Source of the DNA: SAR86 cluster bacterium
GTDB lineage: Bacteria; Pseudomonadota; Gammaproteobacteria; Magnimaribacterales; Magnimaribacteraceae
DNA: 64,000 nt
Direction of reading: 5' to 3'
Assembly (NCBI GenBank): GCA_016777005.1
Contig: JADHSF010000001.1
Span: 105,029-169,028 of the forward strand
Each line of letters begins with the position of its first letter. Position 1 is the stretch's first letter. Below are positions 52,529 to 64,000 of this stretch, piece by piece. Under the pieces are notes generated by a model. The model was not told where the DNA came from. It saw nothing but the letters and a program-made list of their open reading frames with translations, and made no database searches. Both the position numbers and the translations under genes were made by a program.

Positions 52529-53743
52529 ATGCGCGAAGTAGTAGTAACAGGCATGGGGATAGTCTCTAGTTTAGGAAATAACACTTCTGAAGTAACAGAT
52601 TCTTTAAAAAATTTAAGATCTGGTATCTCAGAAAATCTAGACAATAAAGAGATAGGTCTTAGAAGTCATGTTTCAGGTTCAATTAAAGATTTAGATCTTA
52701 AAGGACTCATCGATAGAAAACTTTATAGGTTTATGGGCGATGCAGCTGCCTATGCATACTTAAGCACTCAAGAGGCAATAAAGGATGCTAATTTATCTCA
52801 AGACGAATTATCTAATGTCAGAACTGGTCTAATAATGGGTTCAGGAGGTGCTTCTTCTGAAGACCAAATAGAATCCGCAGACATCCTAAGACAAAAAGGT
52901 TTAAAAAGAATAGGACCCTACAGAGTTACTAAAGCTATGGGAAGTACAGTCTCCGCCTGTCTTGCAACATCTTTTGGAATAAAAGGAGTCAATTATTCTA
53001 TTTCCTCTGCTTGCGCAACTAGTGCGCACTGTATTGGATCTGGAATGGAACAAATACAACTCGGCAAACAAGATATTGTTATTGCAGGCGGCGGTGAAGC
53101 TGAGCATTGGGGAATGACCAGTTTATTCGATGCCATGGGAGCCTTGTCTACAAAATATAATGACAATCCTTCTGTTGCCTCAAGAGCTTATGATAAAGAT
53201 AGAGATGGTTTTGTGATCGCTGGAGGTGGAGGGTCTTTAATTCTTGAAGAGAAAGAACATGCCATTGCTAGAGGTGCAACAATCTATGCAAAATTAACTG
53301 GTTATGCTGCTACCTCTGACGGTGAAGATATGGTTAGTCCTTCTGGAGAAGGTGGGAAGAGGTGTATGCAAGTTGCCTGGGAGATGTGCGGCAAGTCAAA
53401 GATTGACTATATAAATGCCCATGGAACAAGTACTCCGGCTGGAGATATCACTGAGCTCAATGCCATTAAGTCTGTTTTTGGAGATAAGATACCTTGGATA
53501 AGCTCAACCAAATCGCTTTCAGGCCATTCTCTTGGAGCCGCAGGAGTTCAGGAATCTATATATGGTCTTGTAATGTTAAAAGAACAATTTATAGCGGGCT
53601 CAGCCAATATAGAGAATTTAGATGAAGGTGCTGAAGATTTTCCAATAGCTAGAGAAAACATATCAGTTTCCCTGAGCAGTTTTTTAAGTAATAGTTTTGG
53701 CTTTGGTGGCACTAACGCTACTTTGATTTTTGAAAAACCTTAA
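52529..53743 (+). CDS. fabB: Beta-ketoacyl-ACP synthase I
   Basis: [27 protein letters not shown] and SNSFGFGG motifs. Start moved to 52529. Confidence 0.96.
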   Translation: MREVVVTGMGIVSSLGNNTSEVTDSLKNLRSGISENLDNKEIGLRSHVSGSIKDLDLKGLIDRKLYRFMGDAAAYAYLSTQEAIKDANLSQDELSNVRTGLIMGSGGASSEDQIESADILRQKGLKRIGPYRVTKAMGSTVSACLATSFGIKGVNYSISSACATSAHCIGSGMEQIQLGKQDIVIAGGGEAEHWGMTSLFDAMGALSTKYNDNPSVASRAYDKDRDGFVIAGGGGSLILEEKEHAIARGATIYAKLTGYAATSDGEDMVSPSGEGGKRCMQVAWEMCGKSKIDYINAHGTSTPAGDITELNAIKSVFGDKIPWISSTKSLSGHSLGAAGVQESIYGLVMLKEQFIAGSANIENLDEGAEDFPIARENISVSLSSFLSNSFGFGGTNATLIFEKP

Positions 53744-54180
53744 AAAGGTATATCGTCATCAGTAATACCGCTATCTGGTAAATTTTGAGAGCCCATATCT
53801 TGATTGGGATTCTCATAAGAAGAATTATCTGAATTAGAATTTCCCCTACTGTCCAAGAACTGCATATCTCGTCCTATGACCTCTGTGGTGTATCGAGTTT
53901 GGCCATCCTGTTCCCATTTCCTGGTTTGAAGCTGACCTTCTATATAGACTTTAGATCCCTTTTTAAGATATTCACCTGCAATCTCAGCCAACCTTCGCCA
54001 TAAAACCACCCTATGCCATTCAGTTTTCTCTTGATCAGAGCCCGTGTCCTTATCTTTCCATGATTCAGATGTTGCCAGACTCAGTGTTGTGACAGCGGCT
54101 CCGCCGGCTGTATATTTAACATCAGGATCTTGTCCTAGATTTCCTACCAAAATTACTTTATTGATTCCGCTTCTAGCCAT
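53740..54180 (-). CDS. ssb: Single-stranded DNA-binding protein
   Basis: [19 protein letters not shown] and C-terminal DDDIPF. Confidence 0.98.
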   Translation of the reverse strand: MARSGINKVILVGNLGQDPDVKYTAGGAAVTTLSLATSESWKDKDTGSDQEKTEWHRVVLWRRLAEIAGEYLKKGSKVYIEGQLQTRKWEQDGQTRYTTEVIGRDMQFLDSRGNSNSDNSSYENPNQDMGSQNLPDSGITDDDIPF

Positions 54181-54262
54181 AAAAATTTTAATTTAGTTAA
54201 TATTACTAACTCAGATTATAATCTGTTTTCTAAACTTAAGTTCCAAAACATTATTTTTTTTC

Positions 54263-57097
54263 ATGAAATACATCAAAGTAAGAGGTGCACGTCAGCATAA
54301 TCTTAAAAACATAGATATAGATCTTCCCCGAGATAAGCTAGTAGTCATAACAGGTCTGTCCGGTTCAGGTAAATCAAGTTTAGCATTTGATACTCTTTAT
54401 GCTGAGGGGCAAAGACGATATGTGGAATCTTTATCAGCTTATGCAAGGCAATTTCTATCTATGATGGAAAAACCTGATGTTGATCACATTGAGGGGCTCT
54501 CTCCTGCAATTTCTATTGAACAGAAAACAACTTCCCATAACCCTAGATCTACCGTTGGAACTGTTACTGAAATCTATGATTATTTGAGACTTTTGTTTGC
54601 AAGAGCCGGTACACCGATATGTCCCGATCATAACCTGTCTCTGGAAGGACAAACCTCAAATCAAATTTGTGACAAGATACTTGAACTCCCAGATGAATCT
54701 AAAATAATGATCTTGGCTCCATTAATAAAAGAGCAGAAAGGTGAACACCTCCATGTATTCGATGATCTTAAGATGCAAGGGTATGTAAGAATGCGAGTTA
54801 ATGGAATTACCATTGATGTCGATGATAGTCCCAAACTAAACAAAAATAAAAAACATTCAATAGAAGCTGTGGTCGATAGATTGGTATTACCCAAAGATGC
54901 TGATGAAAATTTTCAATTGAGATTAGCAGAATCAATTGAAAATGCGCTTAATCTTAGTGATGGTAATGTGATCATATTCCTTTTAGATGAGAATAAGGAT
55001 ATTTCTTATAGCTCGAAAATGGCATGTAATGAATGCGGTTACAGCATACCTGAACTTGAACCTAGATTATTCACTTTCAATAATCCTGCAGGTGCTTGTC
55101 CTGACTGCGAAGGACTCGGAGTGAAGTCATATGTAGACGTTTCTAAGGTAATTCATGAATCTACAGCTAGTATAAGCGAAGGTGCCTTAGTTGGATGGGA
55201 TATGAGTCACAGATATCATTTCCACCTTCTTAGATGTCTTTCAAGGGAATATAACTTTTCATTAGAGGAATCTTTTGAAAACCTAGATGAAGAGATAAAG
55301 GATATTATTTTAAATGGAACTAATGGAGTACCTGTGAATTTTAGTTGGAGAAATAAAAGAGGTAGTTTGGTGGAACGAATCTTTGCTTTTGAAGGGGTCT
55401 TAAACAATATAGACAGAAGATATAAAGAAACTGAATCTAGTTATAGTAGAGATAACTTATCTAAACTTATCTCTCTTTCTTCCTGTAAGGCCTGTGCAGG
55501 AACTAGATTGAGAAAAGAAGCCAGAAATGTATTCATAGAAAATGTGAATCTTCCTGAAATTACTTCTTACACCATAGATCAAGCTTTTGATTTTTTTAAT
55601 ACTATGAATTTAAAAGGTTCAAAGGGTGAAATTGCTGAAAGGATAGTAAAAGAAGTAAACGAAAGATTAGAATTCTTAGTAGACGTTGGATTAAATTATC
55701 TTACTTTAGATAGAAGTGCTGAAAGCCTCAGTGGAGGGGAAGCTCAGAGAATTAGATTGGCTAGTCAGATTGGAGCAGGACTTGTAGGAGTAACTTATAT
55801 TTTAGATGAACCATCGATAGGTCTTCATCAAAGAGATAATGAAAAGCTCCTCAAAACGTTAAAAAAATTGAAAGATCTTGGCAACACAGTAATAGTTGTG
55901 GAACACGATCATGAAACAATGCAATTTTCAGATCATGTAATTGACATAGGTCCTGGGGCCGGAGTTCATGGTGGAAAAGTATGTGCCCAAGGAACAGCAT
56001 CAGAGATAGCTAAATCTAAGCATTCAATTACAGGTCAGTACTTGTCAGGAAAAAGAAAAATTGAAATACCAAAGAAAAGAAAAGAATTAGATCAAGAAAG
56101 AATAGTTAAGCTCACCAAAGCCGATGGTCATAACTTAAAATCTGTAAATCTTGAACTACCTCTAGATTTATTTGTTTGTGTTACAGGAGTTTCAGGTTCT
56201 GGAAAATCAACTTTAATCAATCAAACATTGTTACCAGCTATATCAAATGAAATCTCTAAAGCTGAAAAAAGAGATACTAAACCTTTTGCAAAACTATCAG
56301 GAATAAATGATATCGATAAGATTATTGAGATTAGCCAAAGCCCTATAGGTAGGACTCCAAGATCTAACCCAGCAACATACACAGGTTTATTTACTCCATT
56401 AAGGGAGTTATTTGCCGGAACACAAGAATCTAGATCTCGTGGTTATAAAATTGGTAGATTCAGTTTTAACGTGAAAGGTGGTAGATGTGAGGCATGTCAA
56501 GGAGATGGTGTTATTAAGGTCGAAATGCACTTTCTTCCTGATGTATATGTAAAGTGTGATGTATGTGATGGTCAAAGATATAATAGAGAAACTTTGGATA
56601 TCAAGTACAAAAGTAAGAATATTTACGAAGTATTGGATATGACAGTTGAAGATTCGTTAAAGTTTTTTGATGCAATACCTTCCATAAGAAAGAAATTAGA
56701 GACCCTTATGGATGTTGGTCTCGGGTATGTGAAATTAGGACAACAAGCCACCACCCTATCAGGAGGGGAAGCCCAGAGAGTGAAATTAGCTAAAGAGTTA
56801 TCAAAAAGTGCCTACAATCATACTCTCTATATTCTTGATGAACCTACAACAGGGCTTCATATGTATGATATTGAACTGCTTCTAAAGGTACTTAAAAGAC
56901 TTAGAGATAACGGTAATACAGTAGTTGTGATAGAACACAACATGGATGTCATCAAAACATGTGATTGGGTGATAGATTTAGGACCCGAAGGCGGTTCAAA
57001 TGGTGGAGAAATTATTGCTATGGGAACTCCAGAGGACCTTATTAAAAACAAAAAATCCCACACAGGAAAACATCTTAAAAAAGTACTTAAAACTTAA
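54263..57097 (+). CDS. uvrA: Excinuclease ABC subunit A
   Basis: Two Walker A motifs ([16 protein letters not shown]), two LSGGEAQR signatures and zinc fingers. Confidence 0.98.
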   Translation: MKYIKVRGARQHNLKNIDIDLPRDKLVVITGLSGSGKSSLAFDTLYAEGQRRYVESLSAYARQFLSMMEKPDVDHIEGLSPAISIEQKTTSHNPRSTVGTVTEIYDYLRLLFARAGTPICPDHNLSLEGQTSNQICDKILELPDESKIMILAPLIKEQKGEHLHVFDDLKMQGYVRMRVNGITIDVDDSPKLNKNKKHSIEAVVDRLVLPKDADENFQLRLAESIENALNLSDGNVIIFLLDENKDISYSSKMACNECGYSIPELEPRLFTFNNPAGACPDCEGLGVKSYVDVSKVIHESTASISEGALVGWDMSHRYHFHLLRCLSREYNFSLEESFENLDEEIKDIILNGTNGVPVNFSWRNKRGSLVERIFAFEGVLNNIDRRYKETESSYSRDNLSKLISLSSCKACAGTRLRKEARNVFIENVNLPEITSYTIDQAFDFFNTMNLKGSKGEIAERIVKEVNERLEFLVDVGLNYLTLDRSAESLSGGEAQRIRLASQIGAGLVGVTYILDEPSIGLHQRDNEKLLKTLKKLKDLGNTVIVVEHDHETMQFSDHVIDIGPGAGVHGGKVCAQGTASEIAKSKHSITGQYLSGKRKIEIPKKRKELDQERIVKLTKADGHNLKSVNLELPLDLFVCVTGVSGSGKSTLINQTLLPAISNEISKAEKRDTKPFAKLSGINDIDKIIEISQSPIGRTPRSNPATYTGLFTPLRELFAGTQESRSRGYKIGRFSFNVKGGRCEACQGDGVIKVEMHFLPDVYVKCDVCDGQRYNRETLDIKYKSKNIYEVLDMTVEDSLKFFDAIPSIRKKLETLMDVGLGYVKLGQQATTLSGGEAQRVKLAKELSKSAYNHTLYILDEPTTGLHMYDIELLLKVLKRLRDNGNTVVVIEHNMDVIKTCDWVIDLGPEGGSNGGEIIAMGTPEDLIKNKKSHTGKHLKKVLKT

Positions 57098-57492
57098 GCT
57101 GTTTCTTCACTAACAGGTTGCTCCCCTGCAATATTGTCTTCTTTTACAAACTCTATTTGAGCTGCAGGAGATTTATCACCAGGCCTAAGTCCTCGTTTAA
57201 CGACTCTCAGGTAACCTCCTGGTCTGTTCTTGAACCTAGGTCCTAATTCATCAAATAACTTGGCTACTGCCTCTTTAGATTGAAGTCTAGCATATGCTAA
57301 TCTTTGATTTGCCACTGTATTCTCTTTAGCAAGAGTAACTAAAGGTTCCAAGAAGCCTCTAATCTCTTTGGCTTTAGCAAGAGTGGTTTTTATAGATTCA
57401 TGTTCTATGATTGAAATAGCTAAACCTTTCTTTAAGGCTTTCCTTTGAGGACTATTCCTATTGAATTTTCTTCCAGCTTTCCTATGTCTCAT
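57094..57492 (-). CDS. rplQ: 50S ribosomal protein L17
   Basis: MRHRK.GRK, TT..KAKE.R and RPGGYLR motifs. Confidence 0.98.
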   Translation of the reverse strand: MRHRKAGRKFNRNSPQRKALKKGLAISIIEHESIKTTLAKAKEIRGFLEPLVTLAKENTVANQRLAYARLQSKEAVAKLFDELGPRFKNRPGGYLRVVKRGLRPGDKSPAAQIEFVKEDNIAGEQPVSEETA

Positions 57493-57500
57493 TTTATTTC

Positions 57501-58481
57501 TTAATTATTTTCTGGTGGCCAATTATCAAGTATCAAGCCCAATGAAAGGCCTCTTGATAAAAGAACTTCTTTTATTTCATTTAAAGACTTCTTACCTAGA
57601 TTAGGTGTCCTAAGCAGATCTGATTCCTTTCTTGTGACTAAATCACCAATGTAATGAATATTCTCTGCCTTCAAGCAATTAAATGATCTTACTGTTAGTT
57701 CTAATTCATCCACAGGTCTTAACATTATTGGATCAATTTTTGCCTCTTCTTTTTCTTCGATGACCTCTTCAAGTCTTCCAAGTTCGGCAAAGGCTGATAG
57801 CTGATGCTGAAGTATAGTAGCTGAGATTCTTAATATTTCTTCTGCTTCTAAGGTTCCATCGGTATCAATGTCTACAGTCAGTCTATCAAGATTTGTTCTT
57901 TGTTCCACTCTTGCATTATCAACCTGATAAGTAACTCTTCTTATTGGAGAATAAGTTGCATCCAATCTTAAGAGACCTGTCTCTTGACCCTCATCTTCAT
58001 CCAGAGGTTTAACAGGAACAAACCCTCTTCCTCTTGTAACTTTTAACATCATATTAATTGAACCTTCTTCATTCAAAGTAGCAATATGATGATCTGGATT
58101 GATTATCTCTACGCCAGTTGGCAAATCAATGTCAGCCGCTGTTACTATTCCACTTCCAGATTTAGATATTTTTAATTCTGCATCTTCCACTTCAGTAAGT
58201 CTCACTGATAAATCTTTTAAATTTAAAAGTATGTCTATAACATCTTCTTGTACGCCTTCTATTGTGCTGTATTCATGAAGGACACCATCAATTTTTACTT
58301 CTGAAACTGCAGTTCCTGGCATGGAAGATAAAATAATTCTTCTTAGGGCATTACCTAAAGTGTGACCGAAACCCTGCTCAAGAGGTTCAAGAACAATTTT
58401 AGACCTAGTTGGTCCTGATTCTTCAACAACTATTTCAGTTGGTGTTAAAAAATCTTTAATAATATCGTAATTATCTGTCAT
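57501..58481 (-). CDS. rpoA: RNA polymerase alpha subunit
   Basis: [17 protein letters not shown] and [13 protein letters not shown] motifs. Confidence 0.98.
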   Translation of the reverse strand: MTDNYDIIKDFLTPTEIVVEESGPTRSKIVLEPLEQGFGHTLGNALRRIILSSMPGTAVSEVKIDGVLHEYSTIEGVQEDVIDILLNLKDLSVRLTEVEDAELKISKSGSGIVTAADIDLPTGVEIINPDHHIATLNEEGSINMMLKVTRGRGFVPVKPLDEDEGQETGLLRLDATYSPIRRVTYQVDNARVEQRTNLDRLTVDIDTDGTLEAEEILRISATILQHQLSAFAELGRLEEVIEEKEEAKIDPIMLRPVDELELTVRSFNCLKAENIHYIGDLVTRKESDLLRTPNLGKKSLNEIKEVLLSRGLSLGLILDNWPPENN

Positions 58482-58493
58482 ATTTTTCCTCTT

Positions 58494-59117
58494 TTATTTT
58501 GAATAAAGTTCGATTATCAAATTCTCATTGATATCAGTATCAAGAGATGATCTTTCAGGAATGTTTTTATATGTTCCTGAATAATTTTTAGAATTCACAT
58601 CTATCCAATCAATCTCTTCTCTATTTTTTGCTATTTCTATAGCTTGTTGAACCCTATTTTGTGATTGTGCACCTTCAGTTAAAGAAACGGTATCTCCAGG
58701 AGTAATTTTAAAACTTGGGATGTTAACTTTCTTGTCATTTACTAGAACGGCTTTATGGCTAACAAGTTGTCTAGCCTCTGATCTAGTTGAAGCAAAACCC
58801 ATTCTGTAAACAACATTATCAAGTCTACTTTCAAGCATTTGAAGAAGATTGTCACCTGTGACCCCTTTCATTCTTGCTGCATGCTTATAATAAGTCTTGA
58901 ACTGTTTTTCCATAACACCATAAATTCTTCTTACTTTCTGTTTTTCTCTTAACTGAACTCCATAATCAGAAATTCTAGGACGTCTAGTACGTCCGTGCTG
59001 TCCAGGAACTGTTTCAGACTTACACTTTGAATCATGAGATCTTATTCCACTTTTTAACAGAAGATCTGTTCCTTCTCTTCTGGATAACTTGCATTTAGGT
59101 CCAATATATCTAGCCAT
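58494..59117 (-). CDS. rpsD: 30S ribosomal protein S4
   Basis: [15 protein letters not shown] and [14 protein letters not shown] motifs. Confidence 0.98.
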   Translation of the reverse strand: MARYIGPKCKLSRREGTDLLLKSGIRSHDSKCKSETVPGQHGRTRRPRISDYGVQLREKQKVRRIYGVMEKQFKTYYKHAARMKGVTGDNLLQMLESRLDNVVYRMGFASTRSEARQLVSHKAVLVNDKKVNIPSFKITPGDTVSLTEGAQSQNRVQQAIEIAKNREEIDWIDVNSKNYSGTYKNIPERSSLDTDINENLIIELYSK

Positions 59118-59491
59118 TAAACTCTTCTCCTTTTAGGGGGCCTACAACCGTTGTGAGGGATTGGAGTTACGTCAGTTATTTTAGTTATTTTGAAGCCTTT
59201 AGAATTTAGTCCTCTTATTGCTGACTCTCTTCCTGATCCAGGCCCTCTTACTTGAATCTCGAGACTCTCCACTCCTACCATTTTTACTTTATCTCCTACT
59301 GCTTCAGCGGCCCTTTGCGCTGCGAAAGGTGTACTTTTTCTAGAGCCCCTAAAGCCTTGAGCACCAGAACTTGATTGAGCAATAGCATTTCCTTGCTTGT
59401 CAGTAATACTAATCAATGTGTTATTAAAGGAGGCATGAATATGAGCAATACCTTCGCTTACTCTTTTTTTTGTAGTCTTTTTTGTAGCCAT
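59117..59491 (-). CDS. rpsK: 30S ribosomal protein S11
   Basis: [15 protein letters not shown] and [13 protein letters not shown] motifs. Confidence 0.98.
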   Translation of the reverse strand: MATKKTTKKRVSEGIAHIHASFNNTLISITDKQGNAIAQSSSGAQGFRGSRKSTPFAAQRAAEAVGDKVKMVGVESLEIQVRGPGSGRESAIRGLNSKGFKITKITDVTPIPHNGCRPPKRRRV

Positions 59492-59495
59492 AGTT

Positions 59496-59852
59496 TTATC
59501 TTCTTATTGGACGTTTAGGTCCTTTTCTAGTTCTCGCGTTATTTTTTGTATTTTGTCCTCTTACAGGTAGATGTCTTCTGTGTCTTATGCCTCTATTGGT
59601 ACCTAAGTCTTGAAGTCTTTTAATATTTGTTGCTACTTCCCTTCTTAAATCGCCTTCTACCATAAATCTACCTACCTCTGCTCTTACAAGCTCAAGTTGA
59701 TCTTCAGATAAATCAACAATTTTTGTAGATGGATCAACTCCTATAGAGCTGCAAATGCTTTTTGCTCTAGTTTTTCCAATTCCATAAACATAAGTTAATG
59801 AAATCTCTGCATGTTTATTATCCGGGATATTTATTCCTGCGACACGTGCCAT
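59496..59852 (-). CDS. rpsM: 30S ribosomal protein S13
   Basis: [10 protein letters not shown] and LPVRGQ.TK.NARTRKG motifs. Confidence 0.98.
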   Translation of the reverse strand: MARVAGINIPDNKHAEISLTYVYGIGKTRAKSICSSIGVDPSTKIVDLSEDQLELVRAEVGRFMVEGDLRREVATNIKRLQDLGTNRGIRHRRHLPVRGQNTKNNARTRKGPKRPIRR

Positions 59853-59863
59853 TCTTTTCTCCT

Positions 59864-59980
59864 TTACCCTTGTCTTTGTTTATGTCTTGGTTCTGTTGGA
59901 CATATAACAAAAAGTGTTCCTTTTCTTTTTACTATTTTGCAATTTCTGCATATTTTTTTAACTGATGCTCTAACTTTCAT
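59864..59980 (-). CDS. rpmJ: 50S ribosomal protein L36 (Zn-binding type)
   Basis: Not in the ORF track. Manual translation gives [38 protein letters not shown]. Confidence 0.97.
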   Translation of the reverse strand: MKVRASVKKICRNCKIVKRKGTLFVICPTEPRHKQRQG

Positions 59981-59982
59981 TT

Positions 59983-61317
59983 TTATCTTCCACCTAATGG
60001 ATTACCACCATAACCTTTTAAATTAGCTTTTTTAAGAAGTGACTCGTACTGATGTGACATAAGATGAGATTGCACCTGAGCCATGAAATCCATCACTACC
60101 ACAACTGCTATTAGCAATGAAGTTCCTCCTAAGTAAAAAGGAACACCGGCTGAAACAATCAAAAATTGAGGCATAAGACATACCAATATAAGGTATCCAG
60201 AACCCCAAACTGTTAAGCGGGTCATCACTCCATCTATATAATCTGCTGTTTGATCTCCTGGCCTTATACCAGGCATATAAGCACCAGATCGTCTCAAATT
60301 TTCTGAAATTTCTTTTGGGTCAAACTGTAGGGCAGTATAGAAGAAACAGAAGAAAGCAATCAGAGCCGAAAATAGAATTACATACAAAGGCTGGCCGGGA
60401 CCGAGAGCAAGAGTGATTTCTTGAAGCCACTCGAACCCTTCACCTTGTCCAAACCATGATGAGGCTGATGCCGGAAATAACAGCAAACTACTTGCAAAAA
60501 TTGCTGGTATAACACCTGCTTGGTTTATTTTCATAGGAAGATAAGAAGCTTGACCTTGAACCATCTTTCTTCCTTGTTGTCTCTTGGCATAATTTACAGT
60601 TATCCTTCTCTGACCTCTTTCTATCCAGACAATAAATGCTATTGCAGCAACCGCTACTAAAGCGATTGATAAGAGCATAATGAGATTGATATCTCCTTGC
60701 CTTGCCCCTTCGAATGCCTGCCCCACTGCCCTTGGTAACCCAGCAACGATGCTAGAAAAAATTATTATTGATATGCCATTGCCAATACCTTTTTCAGTAA
60801 CAAGCTCTCCTAACCACATTAAAAATACTGTTCCTGATACCAGCGAAGTTACAGCTACTATCTGAAACATTACTCCCGGTTCTAAAGCTAAGCCTTGATT
60901 TTGTAACCCTAAAGCCAGTCCACTTGCCTGAATGAGGGCTAAAAATACTGTTCCATAACGGACATAAGACGTTCTTAATCTTCTACCTTCCTCACCTTCT
61001 TCTCTAAACCTTTTCTTCAGAGAAGGTGTAGTTCCTTCTAGTAGACTCATGATAATAGATGCAGTAATGTATGGCATGATATTGAGGGCCATAATACTCA
61101 TCCTTTCAAGAGCTCCGCCTGAAAACATATTGAACAAGTCTAGGAGTGTTCCTTGATTTTGTTGAAAAATATTCGCTAGCTTATCTGGATCAATACCTGG
61201 AATTGGTATGTGTGTTCCTATCCTATAAATTATGACAGCCATAAAAACAAAACGAAGCCTCTTCCATAACTCTGAAAGTCCTTTGTTTTGTCCAATAGCT
61301 GAAGGATTTACTGACAT
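59983..61317 (-). CDS. secY: Protein translocase SecY
   Basis: [33 protein letters not shown] and GGTSLLI motifs. Confidence 0.98.
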   Translation of the reverse strand: MSVNPSAIGQNKGLSELWKRLRFVFMAVIIYRIGTHIPIPGIDPDKLANIFQQNQGTLLDLFNMFSGGALERMSIMALNIMPYITASIIMSLLEGTTPSLKKRFREEGEEGRRLRTSYVRYGTVFLALIQASGLALGLQNQGLALEPGVMFQIVAVTSLVSGTVFLMWLGELVTEKGIGNGISIIIFSSIVAGLPRAVGQAFEGARQGDINLIMLLSIALVAVAAIAFIVWIERGQRRITVNYAKRQQGRKMVQGQASYLPMKINQAGVIPAIFASSLLLFPASASSWFGQGEGFEWLQEITLALGPGQPLYVILFSALIAFFCFFYTALQFDPKEISENLRRSGAYMPGIRPGDQTADYIDGVMTRLTVWGSGYLILVCLMPQFLIVSAGVPFYLGGTSLLIAVVVVMDFMAQVQSHLMSHQYESLLKKANLKGYGGNPLGGR

Positions 61318-61319
61318 GA

Positions 61320-61754
61320 CTATGCTTCTATTGTGCCTCCAGCTTCTTCAATTAATTTTTTAACTGATGCTGTTGTATGAATGCCCTTAAGATTAATTTT
61401 AGTACATGAATCTGCGTCTAAGAACACTTTTACTTTTTTAGTAGAGTTTCTAATAAGATCAGCCTCAACAAGACTTTCTATAGTTACTTCAGTTATACCT
61501 GAATTAAGTAAGGTGCTAAGTCTTAATTGCTCAGTATTTCTATTTCTTCTTGATGAAAAGCCAAATTTAGGAGTTCTTTTTTGGAGAGGCATTTGACCAC
61601 CCTCAAACCCTATTCTAACCCTTCCTCCAGAACGAGATTTCAAACCTTTGTGTCCTTTACCACTTGTTTTTCCAGAACCACTACCCGTACCTCTGCCAAT
61701 ACGCTTGCTATCCTTTACTCTTTTAGGATTTGGTTTTAATTCGTTGAGTTTCAT
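61320..61754 (-). CDS. rplO: 50S ribosomal protein L15
   Basis: GRG.GSG.GKT.GKGHKG and GFEGGQMPL motifs. Confidence 0.98.
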   Translation of the reverse strand: MKLNELKPNPKRVKDSKRIGRGTGSGSGKTSGKGHKGLKSRSGGRVRIGFEGGQMPLQKRTPKFGFSSRRNRNTEQLRLSTLLNSGITEVTIESLVEADLIRNSTKKVKVFLDADSCTKINLKGIHTTASVKKLIEEAGGTIEA

Positions 61755-61764
61755 TTTGATCCTT

Positions 61765-61944
61765 TTAATTTACTTGCAATAAATGAATAGCTTTATTTAT
61801 CATTCCTCTATTTTCAGGAGTATCTTGAACAGAAACAGTTTGTCCAATTTTGAATAAACCTAGTCCTCTTACTGAATTTTTTTGAAATTCTTTGGAGCCT
61901 ATAAGACTTCTAGTGAGCTTAACTGTAATTTGTTTATCTGACAT
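61765..61944 (-). CDS. rpmD: 50S ribosomal protein L30
   Basis: Not in the ORF track. Manual translation gives MSDKQITVKLTRSLIG...RGLGL...DTPENRGMINK (59 aa). Confidence 0.96.
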   Translation of the reverse strand: MSDKQITVKLTRSLIGSKEFQKNSVRGLGLFKIGQTVSVQDTPENRGMINKAIHLLQVN

Positions 61945-61946
61945 CG

Positions 61947-62441
61947 TTAACCTCTACCTAATCTCTTCGCAACTCTTGCAGGAGATTCCATTTCTTCTAA
62001 AGCCTTCAAAGTTGCCCTTACTACATTTACAGGCGTTGTAGAACCATAACACTTTGCTAGAACATCTTTTACACCAGCTAACTCCAGAACAGCTCTCATA
62101 GCACCACCTGCTATAATTCCTGTACCAGGCGCCGCAGGTTTCATAAAAATTACTGATGCTCCATATTTAGATTTAATTGGATATTGAATGGTGTTTCCCT
62201 TTAATTCTATGCTCACCATATTCCTTCTGGCATGATCTAGAGCTTTCTGGATAGCAATTGGAACTTCTCTTGCCTTGCCTCTTCCAAAACCAATTTTTCC
62301 ATTTCCATCGCCCACTACCGTTACAGCAGTAAATCCGAAGATCCTACCGCCTTTCACAACTTTAGCTACTCTATTAACTTGTACTAGTTTTTCTTCTAAG
62401 ACTTCAGAGCCAAGATTATCTGTAACAGCTTTATTTTCCAT
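61947..62441 (-). CDS. rpsE: 30S ribosomal protein S5
   Basis: [12 protein letters not shown] and GTGIIAGG motifs. Start moved to 62441. Confidence 0.97.
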   Translation of the reverse strand: MENKAVTDNLGSEVLEEKLVQVNRVAKVVKGGRIFGFTAVTVVGDGNGKIGFGRGKAREVPIAIQKALDHARRNMVSIELKGNTIQYPIKSKYGASVIFMKPAAPGTGIIAGGAMRAVLELAGVKDVLAKCYGSTTPVNVVRATLKALEEMESPARVAKRLGRG

Positions 62442-62451
62442 ATTTTTTTTC

Positions 62452-62802
62452 CTAAAATGAGAGGCCTGCTTCACGAGCCGCCTCAGCGAGAGCCTTTACT
62501 CTCCCATGAAATTTATAACCAGATCTATCAAATGCTACTTTGTTTATGCCTTTTTCAAGGGCTCTTTCTCCGATCAATTTACCCACTTTTGAAGCCGCAT
62601 CCATATTCCCATTATTTTCCGACTTCAATGCTTCTTCAGCTGTAGATGCACTTACAATAATTTGTGATCCATCACAGGTGGAAACCTGTGCATAAATGTG
62701 AGCATTAGACCTAAAAACACTCAGCCTATTGTTTTCAGATAGTTCAATTTTTGATCTAGACTTTAGAGCTCTTTTTTGTCTTTTTAAATTCTTTATGGCC
62801 AT
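62452..62802 (-). CDS. rplR: 50S ribosomal protein L18
   Basis: RLSVFRS..HIYAQ and [12 protein letters not shown] motifs. Confidence 0.98.
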   Translation of the reverse strand: MAIKNLKRQKRALKSRSKIELSENNRLSVFRSNAHIYAQVSTCDGSQIIVSASTAEEALKSENNGNMDAASKVGKLIGERALEKGINKVAFDRSGYKFHGRVKALAEAAREAGLSF

Positions 62803-62806
62803 TTTT

Positions 62807-63340
62807 TTATGCTTTTTTGGATTCTTTTCTTATTATTCTTTCATCGGCATACTTCACACCTTTGCCTTTATAGGGCTCAGGAGGTCTATAATCTCTTATT
62901 TCAGCAGCAACCTGCCCTACCAGCTGTTTATCCATAGATTTAAGAATAATCTCTGTATTACTCGGTAGTTCAGCAGTCACCCCTTCAGGTAATTCATGTT
63001 TAACAGGATGAGAAAAGCCTAAACTAAGATTTATGGTTGAACCTTCTAACGCTGCTCTGTAACCAACTCCATTTATTTCAAGTTTCTTCTCAAAACCTGT
63101 AGCAACTCCCTGCATAAAATTTGCTGTTAATGCTCGCATGGTGCCTGTAATTGCCAAAGATTCCTTGGATTCTTTATTAGGACTGAAGCTGATTGAATTC
63201 TCTTCTTTATTTATGTCTACGTCCTCATGGATTTCTAAAGACATACTGCCTAACTTTCCTGAAAAAGTTATAACCCCTTGGTTATTTTCTAGAGTTACTC
63301 CATCTGGAATTTCTAATGCTTTTAAAGATGTTCTAGCCAT
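62807..63340 (-). CDS. rplF: 50S ribosomal protein L6
   Basis: GVGYRA, LGFSHP and [10 protein letters not shown] motifs. Confidence 0.98.
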   Translation of the reverse strand: MARTSLKALEIPDGVTLENNQGVITFSGKLGSMSLEIHEDVDINKEENSISFSPNKESKESLAITGTMRALTANFMQGVATGFEKKLEINGVGYRAALEGSTINLSLGFSHPVKHELPEGVTAELPSNTEIILKSMDKQLVGQVAAEIRDYRPPEPYKGKGVKYADERIIRKESKKA

Positions 63341-63349
63341 AATTTATTT

Positions 63350-63742
63350 TTAAAATACTGAACAAATTAATTCACCGCCAACTTTCTCTTCTCGAGCTTG
63401 TTGATCAGTCATTAATCCTTTACTGGTTGAAATGATTGCCACACCCAAACCTCCATTGACTTGAGGTAAATCTTTATAGTGTGAATATTGTCTTAACCCT
63501 GGTTTGCTTATTCTTTTAAGCTGCTTAATGACAGGGGAGCCTTCAAAATATTTAAGTTTTATTTCTATTTCTGGTTTTGCTCCTTCGGAAGAAGAATAAG
63601 AGTGAATATATCCTTCCTGTTTGAGCATAGAAAGAAGTGCTAATTTTTTTGTAGATGAAGGAACTTTTACAGTTTCTTTATTCCTACCTTGAGCATTATT
63701 AATACTCGAAAATAAGTTTGCTATAGGATCTTGAATACTCAT
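63350..63742 (-). CDS. rpsH: 30S ribosomal protein S8
   Basis: DPIA, ISKPGLR.Y and GLGVAIISTSKG motifs. Confidence 0.98.
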   Translation of the reverse strand: MSIQDPIANLFSSINNAQGRNKETVKVPSSTKKLALLSMLKQEGYIHSYSSSEGAKPEIEIKLKYFEGSPVIKQLKRISKPGLRQYSHYKDLPQVNGGLGVAIISTSKGLMTDQQAREEKVGGELICSVF

Positions 63743-63749
63743 ATATTTT

Positions 63750-64000
63750 TTACCAACTTGATTTTACTAATCCAGGAATATCACCCTTCATAGCCAGTTC
63801 TCTTAATTTATTTCTTGCTAAACCAAATTTGCGATACACAGCATGCGGTCTTCCAGTTATCGCGCACCTTCTTTGCATTCTAATAGGACTAGCATCTCTA
63901 GGCTGTTTTTGCAGCTTGATTTGTGCAGCTTCTTTTTCTTCTTGAGAAAATTTAGGACTTCTAATTATCTCCTTAAGTTCAGCTCTTTTTGCTGCAAATC
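63750..64000 (-). CDS. rpsN: 30S ribosomal protein S14 (start outside window)
   Basis: Manual translation gives ...[36 protein letters not shown]...PGLVKSSW*. Confidence 0.96.
   Translation of the reverse strand, partial: FAAKRAELKEIIRSPKFSQEEKEAAQIKLQKQPRDASPIRMQRRCAITGRPHAVYRKFGLARNKLRELAMKGDIPGLVKSSW

Noticed and set aside
57670-57700. RpoA alpha-CTD VRSFNCL instead of VRSANCL
   Set aside because: An aromatic residue at this position (VRSYNCL) is common in other phyla, and the DNA-contacting R and N are intact.

Overview
An AT-rich, extremely compact core-chromosome segment from a gammaproteobacterium. The Pseudomonas-like gene order, tiny intergenic spaces and divergent proteins suggest a streamlined marine lineage such as SAR86, though this is inference. 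It carries about 70 CDS: lptGF-pepA-holC-valS; a 23-gene minus-strand run from fur/grpE/dnaKJ through rpsB-tsf-frr-bamA-lpx-dnaE-accA-tilS; smpB with tmRNA; rpsT, proB-obgE-rpmA-rplU; ispB-fabAB; ssb/uvrA; and the spc/alpha ribosomal operons. I found no mobile element, CRISPR array, tRNA or rRNA. The best new candidate is a leaderless, Leu-codon-containing upstream ORF in front of leuA whose Leu codons can pair with the leuA Shine-Dalgarno, which suggests a terminator-less translational attenuator. Other notable signals are (i) pyrimidine genes (pyrH, carAB, pyrG) missing from their usual positions, (ii) several probable leaderless genes, (iii) convergent genes that overlap at their stop codons with no room for terminators, and (iv) highly divergent HolC/HolD. 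All calls come from reading the sequence and recalled family motifs; no database searches or folding calculations were run.
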